A stretch of 64,000 bases of DNA from assembly GCA_000004695.1 (NCBI GenBank), contig CM000152.2, positions 2,816,001 to 2,880,000 of the forward strand. The letters run 5' to 3'. Numbering within the stretch: position 1 is the first letter of the stretch; every line of letters starts with the position of its first letter. The DNA comes from Dictyostelium discoideum. Lineage: Eukaryota. Under the pieces are notes generated by a model, which worked only from the letters and a program-made list of their open reading frames with translations, was not told the origin of the DNA and did no database searches. Positions 14,880 through 28,877 of this stretch are shown piece after piece. The translations under genes were made by a program, and so were the position numbers.

Positions 14880-15600
14880 ACACATACAAAACACAATTAC
14901 AACATCAAATCACCACCACCAGCACCACAATCGAAACAATTGCAGCTCATGAATTAATTCTTGATACTCTTCAAATCCAGTCAGTAAGTGGTATCTCTGA
15001 AAAAGAAAATGAGACAAAATCTCAACAAGCCACCCTAGAGAATGAAATCTACGCTCTAAAGTTGATTGATGACGATTGTTATCACACAGATGGTAACAAT
15101 CTTTTCAACCCCATATGGTTTATATGAATTATAAATTTTAAACATCGCGATCTATCATTGGATTTGTTTGGAGAAACCTGATCGTATCCAAGTCACTGTC
15201 AGTTGTATCAACGTATACCCTGTAAACATCCATGGTTTATATCTTTAATAATCCACCAGAGTTTTACATTCGTTAGATATTAGTAATTGTTTAGGTGTTA
15301 GAGAGGTCAAATTTTAGCAAATTTCCAAAACCAAACTTAATGACATTGTGTTAGATTTGGTAGTGTTAATGCAGCATCAATAATTGGTAAAAATTAAGAT
15401 TTCCAATCTTTTGATAATATATCACAGCAACAACAACACTCATCAAATACACAAACACAATAACCAGTAGAACAACTCAAACTTCACCACAGGTACAGGT
15501 ATAAACACAATAACAACAACAACAACAAATAAACATATCCAACAACACAATCACCACCATCACAACTACTGATCAACCATGGCCTCAAATAACTTTAGGT
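14880..15600. repeat. AT-poor ~700-bp island (A/C-rich at both ends) with no ORF, containing a dispersed repeat unit
   Basis: Base composition differs sharply from the flanking >85% A+T DNA. No reading frame longer than about 25 codons. It contains the 14990-15185 unit, which recurs at 47380-47535. Confidence 0.5.
14990..15185 (+). repeat. Dispersed repeat, copy 1 (~190 bp)
   Basis: This segment is ~85% identical to the reverse complement of 47380-47535. The core shared sequence is acaaaatctcaacaagccaccctagagaatgaaatctacgctctaaagttgattga...ggatttgttt. Confidence 0.7.
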
Positions 15601-15812
15601 TACATAAATAAATAAATATGTAAAAATAAATAAAAAATTTAATTCATTGTTAACTTTATTAATTAAAACATAAATTTCTTTATTTTTACTTTTTTTTTAT
15701 TAAAAATATTATTATCATTAAGTTAATTTGAAAAGTATAATTTTAATTTATGATTTTCCTCGAGTTGGTAGTCAATATATATACATATATATATTAAAAG
15801 GTAATGATGATT

Positions 15813-16800
15813 CTAATCTATGTAATAAACATCAGAAATTTGTAAATATTTTAAACTTGATATAATATCAAAATTATCAAAAGGGCAATTTGAAAAATTT
15901 TGATATAATTTACTTTTGTAATAAGTTAAATTACCTAAAAATCGAAAAGTTTTTATATTAAAAGTATTAAAAGTTAGATTTTTTAAGGTGGTTGGTAACC
16001 ATTTAATTTTTTCAAATACTCCATTAATTATATCTAAATAATAGTAATGATAATCTAAGACCAAGGTAATTAAATATAATGGTAAACAATTAAATTTAAT
16101 TAATGGTTGGTAAAATTGAAATGGTCCTCTACCTCGATGACTTATAATTCTTAGAGTAGTAATAATAATAATGGTTGATTTAACATCAATTCAAAAAATA
16201 TTAATTCTTTTAAATTTTCTGGAAATATTGAAACAACTGCTCCATCTTTTAATTTGGTGGGAATAGGTCTCATAAAACCTATTAAATAAATATATGTGCA
16301 TGAAATTGGGAAAAAATTATTAACTTGAATATTTTGATTAAATCCAGGGTATCTGGAAACAATAAACTTTTTTAATCCATTTGGTAATGAATCTGTTTCA
16401 AAAATTTTAAATTTAGAGTCATTTTCTATTTTGCCATGTGAAAAATTCTTTCCATAAAATTTTAAAATCTCCAAGGTTGATGGTAATTGTGTTTTATTTA
16501 TAGTTAAATTTGGTGGTAGTATATCTGCTTTTAAAGTGCCACTAATTGAACCATCAATGGAAAAAGTTGATAATACCAACGTATGTATTGATGTAAATTT
16601 TGAAATTTTAAATATTCACATGCTTTAAATGGAAAATGCCTGTATTCAAATTTTAAATATTCAAGTGTTTGAGGTGGTGATATATACAATTTCATTTTAT
16701 ATCTATTATATTTTGAACAAAAAAAACTATCTTCTCCCCAAGCTCTATATGATAAATAAAGTCGTTTCAAATTATTTGGATGAATTCCACTAATTCTACC
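15813..16800 (-). pseudogene. FNIP-repeat protein gene remnant with frameshifts
   Basis: Three overlapping ORFs in different frames (16531-16770, 16151-16579, 15813-16064) encode FNIP-type repeats, for example LPPNLTINKTQLPSTLEILKFYGKNFSHGKIE and LPNGLKKFIVSRYPGFNQNIQ. A frame change near 16575 sits inside continuous homology, and there is an in-frame stop between 16064 and 16151. Confidence 0.4.
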
Positions 16801-17405
16801 ACTACTACCGCTACCACCAATATTATAATCATTATATATTTTTTAAAAATTTAAATCTAATATCTTTAATTAGAAAATTTGAAAATTGATTATTGTAACA
16901 ATTATTGGGACAAATTGAAATAATTCTTTTTTGTAAATCATTGAAGGCTTTTTATGAATTCATTTTTCCCCTTTTTTGTTTTTTTTTTATACCTTAATCT
17001 GGAAAATAAAATATTCATAATAGGGAAAATGTTAAAAAAAAAGGGGGTTAAAAAAAAAAAAAAAAAAAAAGTTGAAAATTCCACAATAAAACTATAACTC
17101 AACAAAAATACCTCAATTAATATTAATATTTTAAATTTCAGATGTATCATTCATCCATAAGATGTCACCGAAACCAGTAATTAGGCAAACCCTTCCCATG
17201 GACTTCTAATGATCCTCATGATATAGCCATCAGGACTTGTCATGAATATAGTATAAAAGTTTGAATTATAATTTTTTGCTCACTTTAAACATAACCAAAA
17301 ACATAAACACCATAAATAATTATATTTTTAAAATAATTAAACCAAATTTTTTTAATAATAATAATTTTTTTTTTTTTTTTTTTTATTTTTACATGATTTT
17401 TAATA

Positions 17406-17701
17406 TTATAATACAAATAATAAAATAATTAAAATTACAAAAATAGATGAACATAAAGAATTTCTTTGGGTAACTCTATTTGAAGTATTGAATGATTCGG
17501 ATGATGTTTCAGTGGAATTAATTGGAGATTTTGTTGGTTTTTCTGTTGGTATTGGAGTTTGTGTTGGAGTTGATGTTGAATTTGGTTGAGTTGGAGATGG
17601 GGTATTTGTTGGTGTGCTTGTTGGTTCCTCCGTTGAAATACTTGAGGATTGCTCTGGGGTTGAATAACTTCCATTATTTTCATGACTATTACCATCGGTT
17701 T

Positions 17702-17799
<98 letters not shown>

Positions 17800-20050
17800 G
17801 AACTATCTTCACCAAAAGATTGAGAATCGGTATTAATTACAGAATCGGAACCTCCTTGATTTGATGATGTGGATGTGGTAGAAGAATTAATTGTTGTACT
17901 TCCACTAATTGATGGTGAACTTGTTGTACTTCCGCTAGTTGATGATGAGCTTGTTGTACTTCCACTAGTTGATGGTGAACTTGTTGTAGCATCAATAGTT
18001 GTACTTGTTGTTGTTATTGATGATGTGGAGGAAGTGGTGGTAGTTGAAGAACTACTTGTTGTACTTCCACTAGTTGATGGTGAACTTGTACTTGCACTGG
18101 TTGATGATGAGCTTCCACTGGTTGATGATGAGCTTGTTACACCACCACTGCCAGTAGTTGTAACTAATGAAGTGGGTGAAGAACTTGTTGTGGTTGTTTT
18201 TGAAGTTGTTGTACCGACATTACTACTTGGTATAGTTGTAGAATAACCAGTTACACCACCAGTAGTTGGCTTTGAAGAAGTTGAACCATAACCAGTTGTA
18301 CCATAACCAGTTGTACTAGAACCAGTTGTGGAATAACTAGTTGTACTAGTAGTTGGTTTTGAAGAGGTTGTACCATAGCCAGTTGTACCATAGCCAGTTG
18401 TATAAGAAGGTGGTGGAGTACCAGTAGTTGTATATGGTCCAGTTGTTGGTGTATCTGGTTGTTCTGGTGTAGTTTCATTGATAATCATTGATGCTAATAC
18501 CCCAGTTAATAAAGCATTATAATCAATTGATGGTTGATTCATTGTAAAATTAATTCTATCATCTATATAGAAATCAAATTTATTAATTGGACCACCAACT
18601 AAAGCACCTTGAATTGGAAATGAATTTAATGTTGGATTTGTAATTGAATTTGAAATTGAATAATGTGAAGCTCTATGATGTAAATTTACAGGTGTTGAAG
18701 CACCTAAAAAACCAACACCACAAACATATGATTGATCATTTGAATTATTACCAAGTACAATTTTAATTTGATCAATATTAAAAGTATCTTTGAATTGTTT
18801 TGAAATGTGTTGATTATTATTCCAAATTGCTACCAATAATGAACCACCCATTGAATATTTAATTGAGCCACCGAAACCACCACCACCAACACCACCACCA
18901 TTTTGATCAATAAAAAATAAACCATCATTGGTTTTTGGCATTTTCAAACTCCAATAATTTAAAATATCATTCGTTTGAGTATTAAATAAACCAAAATTCT
19001 TTGAAAGGAATAAAATTGCAGCTGAATACTTTTGATCATAATTATAAATTACTGATGAAGTAGTTGTTGAGAAATTTGGTAGTAATGATTTTTGAGAATT
19101 AATAATTGATAAATATTTACTTTTACCAGTAATTTGATACATCCAAGCTGATGCCCAAAATAATTCATCTTTATAATCCGATGACGGATATAAAATTTGT
19201 TCACCACTTGTTTCAATATCAGAATATTTACCAGGATATGAAAAACCAAAATCAAATAATTGAATTGCATGAGTACGTAACTGAATTGAATAATTTGGAT
19301 CAATTAATGAAAAGATCATATGTGAAGCAGCAAATGCTGATGCCATTTCATGAGCAACATCTGAACCTGGATTATTTTCATTAATAATTAACCAACAAGT
19401 ACGTTTTGGTGAACCATTATATAAATCATAAATTCTTGATGGTATATTCCATTTTGATAAATCTCCAACTTTACCACATTGAGCATAAATTGTATTTTGG
19501 TTTGGATGTGCAACCATTAACCAATCCAATCCAATTCTTAATGTTGATAAATATTGTTTTTTTAATCCTTGACATGAATCAATATTATATTGAAATTCTA
19601 AAAATGTCCATGCAAGAGTTGTAATTGAATGAGCTTTTTTTTGGAAAAAAAAATAAAAATAAAAAAATAAATAAAATAAAATAAAATAAAATAAAATTAT
19701 TAGTAAAATAAAATAAAATAAAATAATTATAATATTATAAAATTAAAAAAATTACCTAATGCAAATGTTGATTTAATATATGAACCATCATTAAAGAAAC
19801 CACCAGATAAAATACCATTCCCATTTGAATCTAAAGCTTTATCAATTGTTGAATCAAAATTTGTAGTAATACCAGATTGCCATGGATATAATATTGGTAA
19901 ATCACTTGAAGTTAAATTTCCAGCTCTATTTGCATTAAAAAAATTTAATGAAGATTTTAAAGCATTACAATAACTAAAGTTTGGTTCAATTGGAACTGAA
20001 TTTACTATTTTAATAATAATAAATAATAAAATCAATTTTAAAAATTTCAT
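17406..20050 (-). CDS. Glycoside hydrolase family 9 endoglucanase (cellulase), two exons (20050-~19756, ~19633-17406), with a Ser/Thr/Pro-rich mucin-like linker, a poly-Ser tract and a C-terminal hydrophobic tail
   Basis: Exon 1 has a signal peptide plus 'GGFFNDGSYIKSTFAL' (compare GH9 GGWYDAGDHVKF) followed by GTAATT. Exon 2 has 'AHSITTLAWTFLEF', 'DVAHEMASAFAASHMIF', 'DELFWASAWMY' and 'NEVDYNALLTGVLASMI', all GH9-like. Downstream of the catalytic domain come (TTGYG...), PT-rich repeats and S35 encoded by (AGT)n at ~17700-17800. The protein ends SLCSSIFVILIILLFVL with no cytoplasmic tail, which fits a GPI signal. Confidence 0.8.
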
Positions 20051-20932
20051 ATTTACAAATATATTTAAAAATTATTATTATTATTAATGATTATTCAAAA
20101 AATGTTTTTTTTTTTTTTTTTTTTTTATTATTTATTTATTTTTTTGGATTAAATCACTTATTATTATAAACTAATAGAAATATTATTATTATTATTATTA
20201 TCGATCGAAAAAAATAAATTGAACTAATAATAAAAAAAAAAAAAATTAAAAATAAAATGGTTTGAAAATAATAGAAAAAAAAAAAAAAATAAAAAATAAA
20301 AAAAAAAATAAAAAAACAAATAAAAAAAATAAAAAAAATTTAACCTGAATGGACAGGTGCAGATATTTTTATTTAATCAAAAGATATTTAAATATGAAAA
20401 AAAACTGGAGTTTATTTTTTATTTTTGGAAAGTCAAAAAATGTGATGGCATAAAATTTTAACTTTTTTTTTTTTAAAATGGTAAAAACTTGGAAAAAAAA
20501 AAAATAAAAAAAAAAAAAAAAAAAAATAAATAAAAATTTTCTTTTTTTAGTATTGATTAGAGGTTAAAAAAACTATAAAAATCATTTTTTTAAATTAAAT
20601 AAAATTTTATTTTATTTTATTGAATTTTATTTTAGTATTGATTAATAAAAAAAAAAAAAATATTGATGGTGGGAGTTTAAAAAAAAAAAAAATTAATTAA
20701 ATAAAACTATTTTTTCTATATCTATTTTTTTTTTTTTATATTTAGTTTGATTTAATTTTAAATCTTATTTTTTTTTTTTTTTGTTTGAACCGTTTAATAA
20801 TTTCAAAAAAAATTATTAAAAAATAATTTAAGTTAGATATTTGAAATTTCAAAAAAAAAAAAAAGTAAAAATAGTTTTATTTTTTTTTCATATCAAATAA
20901 TTTTTTTTTTGCCAAAAATGAAAATAAATATT

Positions 20933-20991
<59 letters not shown>

Positions 20992-21554
20992 AAAAACCCT
21001 TTTCTTGACACAAAACATCAACTTATAAACCAACACCATAATAAATTGATATCGCAAAGATATAAAAAACCTATTGTTTTTTTTTATTTATATTTTGCAA
21101 TATAAAAAGAAATGATAACTTAAAAAAAAAAAAATTTAATATAAGTTACTAATTAAAATTTAGTATTAAATCTTTTAAAAAATAGGTATTCCAAATAAAA
21201 GAAAAAAAAAATAAAAAAAATAAAAACCCAAAAATAAATAAACAATGAGATGGTTGTATACATTTATTATTAAAACTAAAAAATAAATAATTAAAATATT
21301 ATTTTCTATTCCTTTTTTAAAATTTTTTTAAAAAAAGAGTTACAATATATTCTTTTTTTTATCTTTTTTTTTTTTTTACATTAATCTATGATTAATTTTT
21401 ATATTTTTTTTTAATTTTTTTTGGCCATGAAAAACGGTAACAAACAACTGAAAAAAAAAAAAAAAAAAAAATTCGAAATAATTTTTCAAATTTTTAACTC
21501 GATATTTTTTAATTTTTTTTTTGAATAATCGTTGTTAGTTTTCACAAATACACA

Positions 21555-22533
21555 ATGGTACGTTCTATCTGATTTCACACACGTTATCACATATCACATG
21601 TCGGAACTATGACAGTCTTGACATAATCCATTCAATATTCATTCAATCTATCAAATTAATAAAGGATTGAACAATATCAATACATAAAATAAAATAAAAA
21701 AAAAATATAAAGAGAGAGAGAAAACAGTTACTAACATAACAATATCATAGGCCATCGATAAATCCAAAAGATTCTTAAGAAAGACCGGTAGAAAGACTTT
21801 AGTCTCTCAAAATCCATACCATGCACTCTTAGTCAAAGTTTGTATTTTAATAATTACATAATATAGGTTAGGATAAATGATATTATATAGGATGAAAAGG
21901 ACAGCAATTAATTGATATTTATTTTATATTTTAGTTATACCGTTTCTTAGCCCGTAGAACCAACTCCAAGTTCAACAAGGTTGTCTTAAAGAGATTATTA
22001 CAAACTAAAACCAATAGACCACCAGTTTCAATCTCAAGAATTGCCAATTTAATGAAGGACAGAAAGAGCGGTAAGATTGCTGTTTGTGTTGGTACCGTTG
22101 TTGATGATGAAAGGTAAGTTGTTAAATAAAAAAAAAGATATAAGAAAACAGAGATTAATTGAAAATAAACAAAATATAGATTATTAGACTGCCCAAAACT
22201 CACTGTTTGTGCATTAAGATTCACTGAAACTGCTCGTTCAAGAATCGTCAAAGCTGGTGGTAAAGCATTATCTTTCGATCAATTCGCTTTAGTTAGACCA
22301 AGAGGTAACAACACTTTCTTAATCAAAGGTGTTACCAAAGCTAGAGAAGTCTACAAACATTTCGGTAGAGCTCCAGGTTTACCAGGTTCCCATGCTGTAT
22401 GTATAATTTTATAAAGTCTTATAATTTTTAATTAAAACTCAAACACTAATACATTTATCTTTTAATTTAAATAGCGTCCTTATGTCCGTTCAGAAGGTAT
22501 TAAATTCCAAAGATCAAAGACCAGAAATCCATA
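21555..22533 (+). CDS. rpl18: 60S ribosomal protein L18 (eL18), five exons: 21555-21557, 21751-21837, 21935-22113, 22180-22396, 22474-22533 (181 aa)
   Basis: The ATG is followed at once by GTACGT. The spliced product is '[51 protein letters not shown]...[97 protein letters not shown]'. It aligns along its whole length with eL18 (human: [78 protein letters not shown]). Minus-strand ORF 21931-22251 is its antisense artefact. Confidence 0.85.
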
Positions 22534-23094
22534 AAGGCAAAAAGAAAATAAAGTCGCCCATTAAAAACAAAAGACTTTTTAAAATTATTATTTTTTTTGT
22601 ACATTTTTTAAAGACATTCGGTATTTTGTTTCTGTTGTTTATTTAATATGCTTTTAAAAGGATAACAAAGATGCTTTGCAACTTGTTATTGTTTTTTTTT
22701 TAGTGTTAATTGTTTGATTTTTTTTTTTAATGTTTATTATTTGATTAATTTTTTAATGTTAATTGTTTGATTTTTGTCCTTATATCAATCACAGCAACAA
22801 TTTTATAAAATTGTAAACCAAAAATTCATTACACAAGAATTTAGTATGATGTATTTATTAATTATTACTATTTAAAACTAAATAATATTTTGTTTTACTA
22901 AAAAAAACCAAAAAATTAGTTAACAAAATATCTCAATATTTAAATGTTTTTTTCTAAATTATAGTTTAAGATTGTAAGTTGAGCAACCTTTTTTTTGATA
23001 AAAATTCAAAACTTAAAAAAAACAATACCAATTATACAGAACTAACATCCAAAAATAAAATAAAAATAAACAAAATACAACAATATTTATTATT

Positions 23095-23300
23095 TATTTG
23101 TTATTATTTTTTTTTTTTATACTTTTTTAGATTCAATTACTCTGTATCACTTGAATCAGTTCAAGAACTCCACAACTAGAAACAATTAGAAACCACAAGG
23201 CAATTAAGAGAATAAAGTCACCCATTAAACAAAAAAAAAAAAACTATCTAAAATTTTTATTATTTATTTTTTGTGCATTTTTTAAAGACACTCAACCAAG
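23095..23300 (+). repeat. Decayed tandem duplicate of the rpl18 terminal exon plus 3' flank, ~700 bp downstream of the real one
   Basis: 23125-23300 (ttttag|attcaattactctg...ccacaaggcaattaagagaataaagtcacccattaaac...gtgcattttttaaagacactc) aligns with 22466-22600 (aaatag|cgtccttatgtccg...ccataaaggcaaaaagaaaataaagtcgcccattaaaaac...gtacattttttaaagacattc). The copy has an in-frame stop. Confidence 0.45.
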
Positions 23301-24615
23301 GATTTTGTGTGCAGTTATTGTTTTTTTTTTTAAAACCTAGGATTTTTTAAAACCAACATTTCGTAGCTTTTTTTTATTTGTTTTGTTTACGTTTGATTAT
23401 TGTCATCATAATCAATCTTTACCAAAAAATTAAAAAATAAAAAATCAATTATATTCAGCAAAACAAAACACAAAATTAAATTTGATTTTGTTTTTTTTTT
23501 GTTTCTGTCATTTATTTGCTCTTATTATTTTTAATTATATATTTTTTTTTTTTTTTTTTTTTATTGTTATTAAGGTCTATTACACACCTAAAAATCTTTA
23601 TGTAAAAAAAGAAATTATTGTATAGAGATAAAAAAAAAAAAAATGAAATATAAAATTAAAAAAGGTAATTAATTATTTTATTTTTTTATTTTTATCTCAA
23701 ACTCAAAAAATAATATTAACGAAAAAAAATTAAAAAATTAAATTATTAAATATTAGAAAGTTAATTATATGTAAAATACCTATAACAAAAATCTTAATAT
23801 TAACTTATGATTTTAAAAAAAAAAATAATTTTAAAAAAATATATTATTTAGGTTCAATTAAAAATTCATAAATTAAACAATAGCTTATTCTTTTGTGAAA
23901 ACTCTTGGAAAAAAAAAAGTGGAAAACACAAATGAGGAAATTTAAAATAAACCCTCCCAAAAATTATAATAAAAAATAAAATAACTAAAAAAAAGAGAAA
24001 TTTAAAAATATATAAAGAAATTATATAAAGAAAATTAAGTAATCAATGTTTTTAATGTCTTTGTTTTTTTTTTTTTTCTCATATAAAATAAAAAAAAAAA
24101 AAAATAATTACACATAAAGAATTTTTTTTTTTTGATATATTTTAATTATATAGTGAAAATTTTTTTTTCATCCTATAATAAAATAAATGAAATTAATATA
24201 AAAAATTACATCCATCTATATATTTCTCTTTATTTAATTTCTTTATTTTTTTTAAAATTTTTTGAAATTATAAATCATGAAAAAGTTTTATTTTAAATTT
24301 CCACATGTTATATGCTATATTTTTTTTTTTTTTTCAACACAAAATAGTTAATTTTAAAAAAAAAAAATTATTTGTGTTTTATTTATTTATTCATTTTTTT
24401 TTTTTTTTTTTTTAAATGATACGACCAAGAGGATCCTTTAGAAGGACTTGTATTAACGAATTAACTCTTGTAAAAAAAAAATTATTTAAATTTTATATGC
24501 AAAAAAAAAGTGGAAAACTTGTGATATTCCTTTCTCCACCTTTAAAAAAAAGGGGGTATTTTTTAATTTCCTTTCCATTCCATGTTTTTTTTTAATAGGT
24601 TTTATATTAATTTTT

Positions 24616-24647
<32 letters not shown>

Positions 24648-25133
24648 GTTTTTTTTTTTTTTATTTTTTTTATTTATTTTGTTTATTCTTTTATTTTTTT
24701 TAAAATTAATTCAAAATAGCTCTTTTTTTATAACTTATTAATAATGATAATAATTCATTTCATTATTTGTTTAAATTATATTTTAAGATAAGTGCATTTT
24801 TTTTTTTTTTATAATAACTTTTATTAATTAGTGTTTTAACTCATCTGGATAATATTTCAAAATTTTAAGGATAATCGATAGGTTAAATAATTGGATAACA
24901 TATCCAAAAAAAAGTAAAATAAAGTTAAAAAAAGTTAAAAAATGGATAAGTTTTATTAGATAAAAAATATAATTTTATTTCAAACAAACCAACCCATCCT
25001 AAAAAAAAAATCTAAAAATATCTTTTATTTTCAAAAAAAAATCCAAATTATGATTTATTTTTTTTTTTTTTATTTTTATTTTTTATTTTTTATTTTTTAT
25101 TTTTTTTTTAAACCAACATAATCTTCTTATAAG

Positions 25134-28100
25134 ATGACCAAATTTCTTTTTATTTTATTAATTTCTTACTTGTTAATTATAAATGCTATCAAAGGTCAAT
25201 TAAATACTCAAAATGGTATGAAAAAAAAAAAAAAAAAAAAATAAAAAGAAAGATATTTGTTTACTAATTATATTTTTTTTTTTTTTTTATTTATTTTTTA
25301 AACATTTATTTCATTTAAAAAGGACAATGCCTTACTAATATTTATTCAAATTTAGAATTAAGTATTGATCCAGTAGATTATTGTTCATTAAATTATGCAA
25401 GTTGTAATGGACAATTTGTTACTGGTTTGTAAGTAAAAAAAAAAAAAACTAAGAATTAAAATTTCAATAACTAATTATTTTAATTATTTATTTAACTTCT
25501 TTTTATCTTATATACAAAAAAAGAAACATAAACTCATATACATCTACATACGAATTTTCTCAAGTTGATTTTCAATGTTTTTCAAAGCTTTCAACACTTT
25601 TTCTATCAAATTTAAAAATTTCATTTGATTTTTTGGAAGGACCACTCCCTAATGGAATTGCTCTTTCCTTTCAAAATTGTTCTACAACTTATAATACTTT
25701 TTTTAATACACCAATTCATTCAAGTATAGTTCATTTATCAATTGATACAATACCTCCACAGTCATTACCTATTAATATTAACTTATCATTCCTTAATAAA
25801 GTTAGTTTTTTGTAAGTATTTTGCCAAAAAAAAAAAAAAAAAAAAGTTATCCTATTAATATTATTTATAATTTAAAATTCAAAACCTAAAATTAATTTAT
25901 TATTTTTTTTTTCTAAAAAATAGTTTATTTAGATTGAAAAAATTGGATTCATCCACCGATAATATTACATTGATTAATGATTTCCCAGTTGATAGTATGA
26001 ACCAATTTTCTCAAATAGTAATTGATATTAAAGATTTACCACCAATGGATAATGTTATTGTTGAAAGTCTAAGTTTAAGAACTTATAATGCACCCACTAA
26101 TAAAGGATACAATAATATTAAAACTTTAAAGAATATTTCTTATTTGTATATTTTCATTGAACAGGGATATTCAGATTTTAGTGAATTTGCTTTAATTCCA
26201 AATCAAAATAACATAAAACAATTGTATATATTTTTTTTAAAATTATTATTATTAATAATATTATTATTATTATTTTTCCCAATTATTAATAAAATATGTA
26301 TTATTATCTTTATTATTATTACTTTTTTAATAAATTAGATCATTTTCAGGAAATTTATCACCAGCATCAACAGGTAGAATTGATTTAAGAAATTTATTAA
26401 AATTGAATTTATTAAAATTAATGTCAGTTTCACTAAATTTTAATTATCAAGGTAATATTCCACTTATTCTACCACAAACAGTTCAACATTTTCAGATTTC
26501 AGAGGGTTTATTTTCAGTTGGAGTAAAAGAGTTTTTGAATGCTTATCCAAATATCTCTGAGGTTTATATCTTAAACAATCAAATGGATGGTAATTTTTCA
26601 GAGTGGAAAAATAGAGGTTATGATCAATTTTCTATAAGTGGGAATAGATTTCAAGGAACTGTTGACTCGTCATGGTGTGCCACAATAGCAACATTATCCA
26701 GAAATAAATTGACAGGTGATTTACCATCATGTTTTGCTTGTCATTTGTATAGTACACTAATTAATAGTTCAATATCTCAAAATCATTTTAATCCTATTCC
26801 ACCATGTACAACTTTAATACCAAATCTTAGATTCAATTCATCAAGTAATCTATTATATCTATATGGTGATGACTTGGGTTTCTACACAAATGATATTAAA
26901 GTAACTTTATCAGAAACAAAATTTTTCAATCCTTTAATTTATTCAAAATTATTTTATTGTGATGCATTTACTCTATCAAATTTACCAGAAACTTTAGATA
27001 TATTTTTTAAAAGTGCAAATAAAAATTTCACATTATCAACAATTGAAAAATCACCATTAGTAAATTTAGTAACTGTTGCATCTTCATCTGGTTTGTTATT
27101 TTTTGATGGTTCATTTTTTAATTATAATAAATCATCAATTAAAATTCAAATTGAAGATTTAACATGTTTAATTACTCAAACTACATTTAATCAAATCAGT
27201 TGTCTAATTCAAGGATTTTATAATAAGAATTCAATTGCTAAAATTTCAATTTCAGTAGAAAGTTATTACACCAGTAATTTAAAAAATTTACAAACAAACC
27301 TTTTTGCTTATTTAAATCAATCAACAACTGTTTATAGTTGTTCATTAGATTGTAACTCACTTGGTGGTATTTGTAATACATTAATTGGTCAATGTTCATT
27401 TAATTGTCCAAATGATTGTACAAATTCTTTGGCAGGTACATGTAATAGTTCAACAGGAGTATGCAATTGTTATACTGATTTTCAAGGTTTAGATTGTTCA
27501 TTACCATTTAAAGCTTGTACATCAGATTGTAGTTCACCATTAAGTCAAGGTTCATGTAATAATCAAACTGGTATTTGTCAATGTATACCAAATTATCAAG
27601 GTTTAAATTGTAAAATTCCATCACATTATATTTCATCAGTTATTCCATGTTCAATTGATGGTGGTGAAGTTTTAATTAATGGTTGGTTTGGCAATAATAA
27701 TGATGGTACACATTTATTATCATCATATAATATAGTTATAGGTAGTTTAGATTGTATTGTTACATCAATTAATGAAACAACAATTACATGTAATCTTGGA
27801 GCAGGTACAGGTACAAAAAATATTAAAATTATAAATTCAATTAATCCAAATGTAATTTTCAATGGTAATGGATTATTTAATTATCAAAATCCAATTAAAA
27901 CTTGTCCAAATAGTTGTACAAGTTTAAATAATGGTAAATGTAATTCAAATACAGGTGAATGTCAATGTAACGATAAATTTAGTGGTTTCGATTGTAGTAC
28001 ACCAATTAAAATCATTGAAAGTGCACCATCAACAAATACATCAATCAATAAAGATACAGGAGGTATAGAACTTACCAATCAAGATACAATCTATGAAATT

Positions 28101-28877
28101 TCAATTATATCATTAAATGAAATTTCAATTGATGGTTCAATTATTAAATCACATCAATTAAAAGGTAATTGGTCAAGCGATAATACAACAATAACACCAG
28201 ATTCAAATTATTTCAAATTTTCACAACAATTAATTAATAATACATGTAAAATTACATTTACTATTGAAGAGATTAAATTAAAAGATAAGAACTTTACATT
28301 TGGAACGACAACGTTTAAAGTTGAAAAAGATTCAATAAAATTATCAGTTTTAATTCAAGATTATCAATATCAAAGTTCATTAAATACATTACAATTAATA
28401 TTTTATTCAGCAGTTGGGGATGATACAGACTCAAATGATGATTGTAATAAACAAGATACATCAATTGATACATCAAATGCAAATAATCAACAAATTTCAA
28501 ATTATATTCAAATTTCTAAAAATTCAAAAACATTAGTCGGTCGTTTCATTAATCAAGTAATTGCAGATTCAAGATCAACTTTTATGTCAAGTACAATTAT
28601 TAAAGATAATAATAATAATTCATCATCATCAGTTATGTTAGGATTAAATCTACCACATTGTAAAGAATGTTTAATTGATCCAGACTTTTCTGTATTAGTA
28701 AGTCCAGATTTTAAAGAATCATGCAATGAATCAAAAAACAAATGGCTAATACCTGTCGTTGTCATTGTACCTGTAGTAGGTTGTGCTGTAATTGTTACTC
28801 TATCTATTGTTTTTTTTAAAAAATATAAATATAATTTAAAATTTATTGCAATCAAATTAAAACCATTTAAAAAATAA
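25134..28877 (+). CDS. Array member A: five-exon gene (~25134-25215, ~25323-25428, ~25524-25811, ~25924-26230, ~26339-28877) for a type I membrane protein with signal peptide, LRR-like region, 3+1 EGF-like repeats, IPT/TIG domain, TM helix and short tail
   Basis: Exon 1 'MTKFLFILLISYLLIINAIKGQLNTQN' ends at GTATG. The small exons end at GTAAGT/GTATAT donors and keep phase. Exon 5 (ORF 26403-28877) has the Cys spacing of EGF/tenascin-type repeats (CNSLGGICNTLIGQC, CPNDCTNSLAGTCNSSTGVCNCYTDFQGLDC, CTSDCSSPLSQGSCNNQTGICQCIPNYQGLNC). It has an IPT/TIG-like segment (PSHYISSVIPCSIDGGEVLINGWF...SLDCIVTSINETTITCNLGAG). The TM helix is WLIPVVVIVPVVGCAVIVTLSIVFF and the tail is KKYKYNLKFIAIKLKPFKK. Confidence 0.75.

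Noticed and set aside
21931-22251. Minus-strand 106-aa ORF
   Set aside because: Antisense to rpl18 exons 3-4 and their intron. The sense strand gives a full-length eL18 match.
27626-27862. Minus-strand ORF 'MKITFGLIEFIILIFFVPVPAPRLH...' (78 aa) that recurs at 31719-31955, 35990-36226, 41089-41325 and 45726-45962. Likewise the ~100-145 aa minus ORFs at 28553-28855, 32649-33026, 36920-37228, 42022-42459 and 46740-47108
   Set aside because: They are antisense to the highly conserved IPT-domain and C-terminal coding parts of the array genes. Their recurrence only reflects the near-identity of the sense genes, not an independent conserved gene.
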